A stretch of DNA of 64,000 nt, from NCBI GenBank assembly GCA_014905635.1, contig JABVCE010000010.1, forward strand, positions 1,116,001 through 1,180,000, given 5' to 3'. The notes below the pieces were generated by a model that was not told the DNA's origin, searched no databases, and saw nothing but the letters and a program-made list of their open reading frames with translations. A program made the translations under genes and the position numbers. Within the stretch, counting starts at the first letter, position 1. Each line of letters starts with the position of its first letter. Below are positions 57,657-64,000 of this stretch, one piece after another. This DNA comes from Scenedesmus sp. PABB004 (Eukaryota).

Positions 57657-59992
57657 TCAGATGCTGGGCCCGATGCCGTCGGTCAGCTGCGTGCGCACGC
57701 TGTCCAGCTCGGGCAGGTCCAGCACGAACCGATCCCACGGCGGCGTGCCGGCGCCGCTGCTGCGCACCGTGCCGTCGAGCTGCACCTGCACCCACACGTT
57801 GCGCCGCGCGCGCTCCATGCCCGCAAACTCCTTCTGCGCCTCGACCCAGCCCTGCCGGCGGCGGCGGCGTGTCGGCGGCGGTGCGTCGGCGGCGGCGGCG
57901 GCGGCGCAGCGATGCATCGGCGGCGGCGGCGCAGCGCGCGCGCCGAAATCGCGGCCGCGGCCGCGCCGCACCTCCCACTCCAGGCCCGCCGCCGGCTCGA
58001 GGCGCCACTTGCGGTCCGACTCGGTGAGCGAGACCTCGCTGTTGCCGATGCCGCTGCCGCTCGGCCCCGGCTCGGCGCCGCCGGCGCCGCCGCCCGGCGC
58101 GCCGCCGCCGCCGCCGCTGACCGCGGCAAAGCCCTTGCCGGCCCGCTCGTCGTCGCCCGCCTGCATGCTCCGCTTGAGCGCGCGCAGCTTCTCCTCAGGG
58201 TCCTCCCGGCTTGAATAGATGACCGGCACAACTGCGCCCACCACGGCAGCGGCGGCGGGGGCGGGGGCGTGGTGGTGGCGTGCGTGGTAAGGGCGCGGCG
58301 AGCGCAGAGCGTGTCTGCCCGCGGGCGGCGTGCGGCGTGCGGCGTGCGGCGTGCGGCGTGCGGCGTGCGGCGGGCGGCGGGCCGCGGGCCGCGGCGCGCA
58401 CCCGACACGCCGCGCGCGCGCAGCTGCTCCAGCCGCTGCTCGCCGTCGCGGATGCAGCGCTCCACAAACGACCTGCGCGGCGCGGCGCGGCGCGCGCGCG
58501 TGCGTGCGTGCGCGGGGGCTCGCGCCGGCCGGCGCGGCAGCGGCCGCGCTGGGCGCGCTGGGCGCGCCGCCGGCGGCGCACCTGTCACCAGCGATGATCA
58601 CCGGCCGCACCGCGCCGCGGAACCGGATCAGCGGCAGCACGCGCTTCGGCCCGAGCTGGACCTGCGCCGGGCGCGCCGCGCGCGGCGCAGCGCGGCGCGG
58701 CGCTCAGCGCGGCGCTGGCGCGCGGCCGCGCGGCCGCGTGGCTGCGCGGCGCGGCGCGCCGCCACCACTGCGGCGGCGCACCAGCAGGCGCCCGAGCTCC
58801 TCCTCGCGCTGCGTGACGCGGCGGTCCTTCTCCTTGGCGGCGAGGTCGCGCGCGAGCAGGAAGCCCAGCACGCCCAGCGCGGCGACGTTGACGCCGAGGT
58901 TGGTGAGGCTCTCGGTCAGGTCGGGCGCGCCGTCGCCGCCGCGCAGCGCCGCCGCGAGGCGGCCGAGGATGACCACCAGGCCGCCCGCCGCGCCGATGGC
59001 GAGGCCGCCAAAGAGGATGAGCCGGGCGAGGCGGAACGGCGCCTGCGCGGGGCGCGGGGCGGGGCGCGTTTGGGGGGCGGCGCGGCGGCGGCGGCGGCAG
59101 TGCTCGGGCGCGGCGGCACGCCGGGAAAGTCGTTTCGCGGGGGCACCCGGCGGCGTGCGGCGCGCCCGGCGCCGCGCAGCCTGGCCCGCACCTTGGCCTC
59201 CGCGCGCAGGCTGACCTTCTGCTCGCGCGTGAGCCCGCCCTTGACCTGCGCGGCGGCGGGGCGTGCGGCGGCGGTCGCGCGGGCTGTTGCGGGGCGGCGA
59301 GCGCCACCGCGCTGCGCGCGCAGCTGCAGCGGGCGCCGCCGCACCTGGGCGAGCATGTCCATCCATTCCCGGGTGTCACGCAGCTCCCGCAGGTCGTCGT
59401 CCTGCGAGCGGCGCGGCGTCGGCCAGCGCGGTCGACGGCGCGCCCGGGCAGCGCGCCCCGCGGCGGCGCGGGCTGGCCGCAGGCTAGAGGCCGCGCTGCG
59501 CCGTCCGGGGGGCGGACCCCAGCGTGAGGCCCGCCTGGCCCCCGGCGCCGGCGCCGGCGGCGGCCGCGGCGGCCGCAATTGCCCCGCGTCCGGCCGGCAG
59601 CGGCGGCGCGCCTTGAGCGCGACGCTGAGCTTGAGGTCGTGCTCGTTGATGGCGCGCCCCAGCGCGTCGGCGGCCTCCTTGAAGCGGCGCTGCTTGGCGA
59701 AGGCGCAGCCCATGTTGAACAGCGCGGCCGCGGCCTCCTCGCCGCTGGGCGAGAGCTCCATCGCCGCCTGGAACAGCCGCACCGCCTCGCCGTAATCGCG
59801 GCGCTCGCCGAACGCCGACAGGCCCGCCTCCACGGCCTCCTTGGCGCTGCGCGGCGCGGCGCCCGCCTTTGTAGTCGCGCGCGGGGGCGCCAGCCCGCGG
59901 CGCCCGGCCCCGGCGCCCGGCGCGGGCGGCGCGCTGAGGCGCCGCGCCGCTCCCAGCGGGCGCGGGCCGCGCTGGCAGGCCCGCAGCAGCAT
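57657..59992 (-). CDS. LPA1: LOW PSII ACCUMULATION 1 homolog (TPR + DUF3493), chloroplast
   Basis: TPR region ALFNMGCAFAKQ...AINEHDLKLSVALK|DDDL, LRAEAK|APFRLARLILFG, two TM helices, REEELGRL, RPVIIAG, C-terminal VQLDGTVRSSGAGTPPW. Confidence 0.9.
58325..58372. repeat. Intronic 7-bp satellite (GCGGCGT)n
   Basis: Visible in an LPA1 intron. Confidence 0.85.
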
Positions 59993-60227
59993 GGCGGCGG
60001 CGGGCGCGGCAGCGGCGGGCGCGGGCTGTGTGGCGTGCGGGCGCTGGCCGCGGCGCGGCTGTGGTGCGGCGAGGGCGCGTTCGCTGCGGAGCTGGAGGGC
60101 GGGGGATCTGCGGCGTGGGGCCCGCGCGGCGCGCTGCCTCCTGTCGGCGCGGCGCGACGGCAGCAGCGCGCGAGCACGGTGCCCACAGAACCGCCGCCAG
60201 GTCACCGCGCCGCGCGCCGCGCCGCGC

Positions 60228-62448
60228 TCAGATGAGGGACAGCTCCTCGCTGTTGGCGCGCTTGCCGCTCTTGAGCTTGTTGTAGAACGTGTGCGTCTCC
60301 TCGATGACCTGCGGCCGCCGCGCGGCGTCGGCCCGCCGCCGCCGCCGGCCCGCCGCCGCACTCTCCCCCGCGCAGGCCCCGCGCGCCGCCCGCGGCCGCC
60401 CCGCCGCGCCGCGCCTTGAGCGTGAAGGCCTTGTCCATGCACTTGTTGTCGTAGCCGAACGCGTTGGCGGGCTTGCCGTCGGGGATCTTGTAGTCCCGGA
60501 ACCACTCGAGGATCTTGGTCAGCTCGCCCGGGAACTCGCTGCGAGGGCGCGCGGGCGCGCGGGCACGCGGGCGCGCGGGCGGGGGGGGGGGGGGGGGGCG
60601 GGCGGGCGGGCGGGTCGTGAGGTTGGGAGCAGCGGCGGTTTGGCGCTTTGGTGGCCGCGTTGCGAGGCGCGGCGCGGCGGCGGCGGGGGAGGGAGGGAGG
60701 GGAGGGGCGGCGGGGGCGCAGCGGCCGCGCCCGCGCGGGCGCACCGCTCGACGTCCTCGAGCGTGTTGACGGCGGCGGCCTTGGGGTCGGCGGTGTTGAT
60801 CGCGATCACCTGCGCGCGCGGGCGAGGCCCCGCGGCGGCGCGCAACCGCCGTCGGCCCGCGCCCCACACGCGCCGGCGCGCCGGCCGGCCCGCGCTGCAG
60901 GTTTGGAAACCAACACCAAAGCCCCAGGCCCCCGCGCGCCGCGCGCCTTCCAGTCGAGCTCGCCGTCGTCGATCATCGCGTACACGCCCAGCGGCTTGAC
61001 GCGGTACACGCCGCCCATCTTGAGCTGGCTCGAGCCAATCTCCACGACGTCGACCGGGTCGTTGTCGCCCTGCGGGGGCAAGGCAGCACGGCGGCGGCGA
61101 CCGGCGGCGGCGGCGGCGCGGCGCGGCGCGGGCAGGCGTGGGCGTGGGCAGGCGGCGCGCGAGGCGAATTGAGGCAACAACAACAACAGCAGCACGTCGG
61201 CGCGGCCCCTCAAACTTGCAGAACTCCGGATGGAGCCATCAGCGGGTGATCAGCGGTTTGTGTGTGTGATTGTGTTTCTTTCATCGGGGGCGCGCGCACG
61301 CACGCGCGCGCACGCACACGTACACGCGCGCACTCGCACGCAGCGCCGCGCCCGCGCCCGCGCCGCGCCGCGCACCGCGACGCCGCCGAGGTCGGCGTTC
61401 TTGTGGTCCGGGTCCTCCCACGTCTGCGGGAGGAGGCCGTAGTTCCAGTTGATGTTGTAGGGATAGAACCGGAGCTTGCCCTTCTTGGTGTCCTGCTTGA
61501 TGGGCGTGCTCGGCTCGTCCTGCGCGACGCGGCGGCGCGCGCGGGGTCGCGTGGGGCCGCGCGGGGCCGCGCGGGCACGCGGGCGCGCGCCCACGGACCT
61601 GCACCGCGCTGCCCGCCGCGGGGCGCTGCGCAGGTGCGCGCGGCGCCGCGCCGCCGCCGCCACCGCAGCGCCGCCGCCCCTGCGTCGCACCGTGGCGACC
61701 TCCATCTTGGCGCTGGTCTCCTTGGGGATCTCGCAGATGAAGTGCAGCTCGTCCTCGCCCGCCCAGAGCGGGATCTCGTGCCAGCAGGAGATGACCTTGT
61801 CTGCGGCGGCGGCGGCGGCGAAACAGCGCCGCGCGCGTGGGCGCGCCGCCGCCGGCGGCGGCGGCGGCAGTGGCCGCGGCCGCCGGCGCACCGTTCTGCT
61901 TGAACGCAATGCGGTACTCCAGCGACTCCTTGGGGCCCTGCGGGCGCGCGGCGCGGCGCGAGCGCCGCCGCCGTCAGCGGCCGCTGCGGTTGGCCGCGCG
62001 GCGCCGCCGCGCGGCGCCGCGGCCGCGGCCCGCCGGCAGCCGCTCCAGCCCCCGCCCCGCTCCGTGGGCGGCGCGCCGGGTCGAATGCGGGGCGGCGGCG
62101 CCGGCGGCGGCGCGGCGCGGCGCAGCAGCGGGCCGCTCACCCGCTCCTCCACGCCGTAGCTGGACACCTCGGGCGCCTTGGTGGCGACCGAGCGCACCGC
62201 CACGGCGGGGCGCAGGTTCCGGGTCACCGGCGCGGCGAACCGGCGCATCTGCGGGGCGCGGGAGGCGGGCCATCAGCGCCGATTGATGCGAGCCCCGCCC
62301 GGGCGCGCCGGCGGGGCATGCATGCCCCGCCGCCCGGCTGCGAGCTGGACGCAGTCGTGGAGGTCCTTCGCGCCGAGTGGCGCGCGCGCGCGAGGCGCAC
62401 CTGCATCGGGGCCGCGCGCGCCACCGCGCCGCGCAGGGCAGCGGCCAT
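60228..62448 (-). CDS. Plastid soluble inorganic pyrophosphatase (family I, eukaryote-type)
   Basis: Transit peptide; [102 protein letters not shown]. Confidence 0.96.
61206..61290 (-). ncRNA. Intronic box C/D snoRNA predicted to guide 2'-O-methylation of 5.8S rRNA G in AAUUGCAG (Gm75 human / Gm79 plant; SNORD96/snoR39BY-like)
   Basis: Minus strand reads CCCC-CGATGA (C)...CTGA (D')-tcacccgc-TGATGG (C')...CGGAGTTCTGCAA-gt-TTGA (D)-GGGG. It has a terminal C/G stem and a 13-nt guide complementary to 5.8S UUGCAGAAUUCCG (one G-U pair); the D+5 base pairs with the G. It is an AT-richer island on the host gene's strand. Confidence 0.75.
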
Positions 62449-62781
62449 GGTGAGGAGTGCGTGCGCGTGATGGAGAGGGGAGGACGCGCGAAAGGTGGCG
62501 CGCGGGCGCGGGGCAGCGCGGAGGTGGGCGGGAGAGCAGCAGCGCGGCAGTCGCAGTGACAGTTGAGCCCCCGCGAGCGCTCATTGCCCGGCGCCGGCCG
62601 ACGCACGAGCAATTGGCGCCCTGTCCTGCTCACAGCGCAGCTGCACATCCTGCAAAGCGCGCTGAGAGCGCAGCCCGCGCGCAGCCCCACGCCTGGCGAC
62701 CCGCCCGCGCTGCGCGCCGCACGTTCCGAGCCGGCAGAGATCAGCCGGCGCGCCTTGCGAGCCGCGCCGCCGGGCAGCAGC

Positions 62782-64000
62782 ATGACGAGCTCGCAGCCAC
62801 AGGCGGGCGCGCCGCCCGTGCGCATAGGTGCGCGGCCGCAGGGCGCGACGGGCGCCCCGGGACGAGCGCGGGCGCACGCGACCGGCGCCGGCGGCGCCGG
62901 CGCCGCGGGCGCAGCCGCGCGGCCGCCGCCGCTGCTCCGCCGCTGCTGCCCCGGCGCGCCGCATTCGTCGCTGGCGCCCCCGCTGCTGGCTGCGAGGGCA
63001 TGGCGAGCTGGCGCCGCCGGCGCGTCCCCGCTGACGCTGCGGCCGCGACACCCGCGCCGCCCGCCGCGCCGTGCGCCGCCAGGCGTGCTCGCGCTGCAGG
63101 GCTCCTTCCGCGAGCACATGGCGCTCCTGGGGCAGCTGCCCGGCGTCGCGGTCACCGAGGTGCGCACGCGGGAGGAGCTGTCGGGCGTGGCGGGGCTCAT
63201 CATCCCGGGCGGCGAGTCGACGACGATGGCGCACATCGCCGAGAGCTGGGGCCTCATCCCGGAGCTGCAGGCGTGCCGCGCTGCTGCGCGGCGCCGGCGG
63301 GCGTCTGCGCCGCGCGCGCGCGCTGCGAGCAGCGCGGCTGCGGCTCACGCCGTGCGCCGCGCGCCACCCCTGTTCTGGCAGGCGTTTGCCAGGGCGGGCA
63401 AGCCGGTGTGGGGCACGTGCGCAGGCATGATCTTCCTGGCTGAGCGCGCCGAGGGTGAGCGGCGCGGCGGCGGCGGCGGCCTCTCCCTGCGCGCCCGCGG
63501 GCAGCCGGCGCGCGGCCGCCCCGCCGCCGCGCGGCGCGGCGCGGGGCGAGCCGGCGCGAGCGGGCGCCGCCGCCGCGTCGTCGCCGCAGGCCAGAAGAAG
63601 GGCGGGCAGGCGCTGCTGGGCGGGCTGGACATCTGCGTGTCGCGCAACTTCTTCGGCGCGCAGGCGCGGCGCCCGCGCCCGCGCCCGCGCCCGCGCGGCG
63701 GCGCCCGCTCCCTGCGCCCCTGCGGGCGGCGGGCGCGACCGCCGCGCCTCGCCGCGCCTCGCCCGCAGGTGAACAGCTTTGAGACGCAGCTGCCGGCGCA
63801 CGCCGAGCTCACGCGCTTTGGCGGCGAGCCGACCTTCCGCGCCGTCTTCATCCGCGCGCCTGCGGTGATGGAGGCGGGGCCGCAGGTGCGGCGGCGGGGG
63901 CGCGGCCGCGCGCCGCGCCAGGCGCGCCGGCTGGTAGTGAGCCGGCGAGCGGGGCGCGCCGCGCGCGCCGCCCGCGGGTCTGACGGTCGCCGGCGCGCGC
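62782..64000 (+). CDS. PDX2: Pyridoxal 5'-phosphate synthase glutaminase subunit (SNO/PdxT); 3' end runs off the window
   Basis: VRI|GVLALQGSFREH, GLIIPGGESTTM, PVWGTCAGMIFLA, LDICVSRNFFGAQ|VNSFE, AVFIRAPAV. Confidence 0.95.
   Translation, partial: MTSSQPQAGAPPVRIGARPQGATGAPGRARAHATGAGGAGAAGAAARPPPLLRRCCPGAPHSSLAPPLLAARAWRAGAAGASPLTLRPRHPRRPPRRAPPGVLALQGSFREHMALLGQLPGVAVTEVRTREELSGVAGLIIPGGESTTMAHIAESWGLIPELQACRAAARRRRASAPRARAASSAAAAHAVRRAPPLFWQAFARAGKPVWGTCAGMIFLAERAEGERRGGGGGLSLRARGQPARGRPAAARRGAGRAGASGRRRRVVAAGQKKGGQALLGGLDICVSRNFFGAQARRPRPRPRPRGGARSLRPCGRRARPPRLAAPRPQVNSFETQLPAHAELTRFGGEPTFRAVFIRAPAVMEAGPQVRRRGRGRAPRQARRLVVSRRAGRAARAARGSDGRRRA

Overview
Eukaryotic nuclear DNA: extremely GC-rich (roughly 75-80% by eye), gene-dense and intron-rich, best matching a chlorophyte green alga (Sphaeropleales-like; inferred from plastid-targeted PSRP-3, LPA1 and PPase and from intron style). 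Most long six-frame ORFs are GC artefacts, so genes were rebuilt by splicing conserved peptide blocks. I can support about 19 protein genes, in order: CPYC glutaredoxin (partial), ABCC/MRP transporter, phytochelatin synthase, type II metacaspase, an orphan repeat protein, a multipass membrane protein, PSRP-3/Ycf65, a motor-less dynein heavy-chain tail relic, KNL1/Spc105, a GT4 glycosyltransferase, an RNI-like LRR protein, a FIST protein, a DUF218-like protein, an EamA transporter, GSK3/shaggy kinase, a P2B Ca2+-ATPase, LPA1, plastid soluble pyrophosphatase and PDX2 (partial). Highlights: (1) a candidate thiol/heavy-metal detoxification cluster, with phytochelatin synthase head-to-head with an ABCC pump followed by glutaredoxin; (2) a very high rate of GC-AG introns (9 of 26 in the Ca-ATPase, about 29 in the window), always after an exon ending in AG; (3) an intronic box C/D snoRNA predicted to guide the conserved 5.8S rRNA Gm75/Gm79 methylation; (4) a dynein tail gene with no motor and a frameshift; (5) a duplicated catalytic-Cys exon start inside a metacaspase intron. 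Gene models are manual and were not checked against RNA data or databases.
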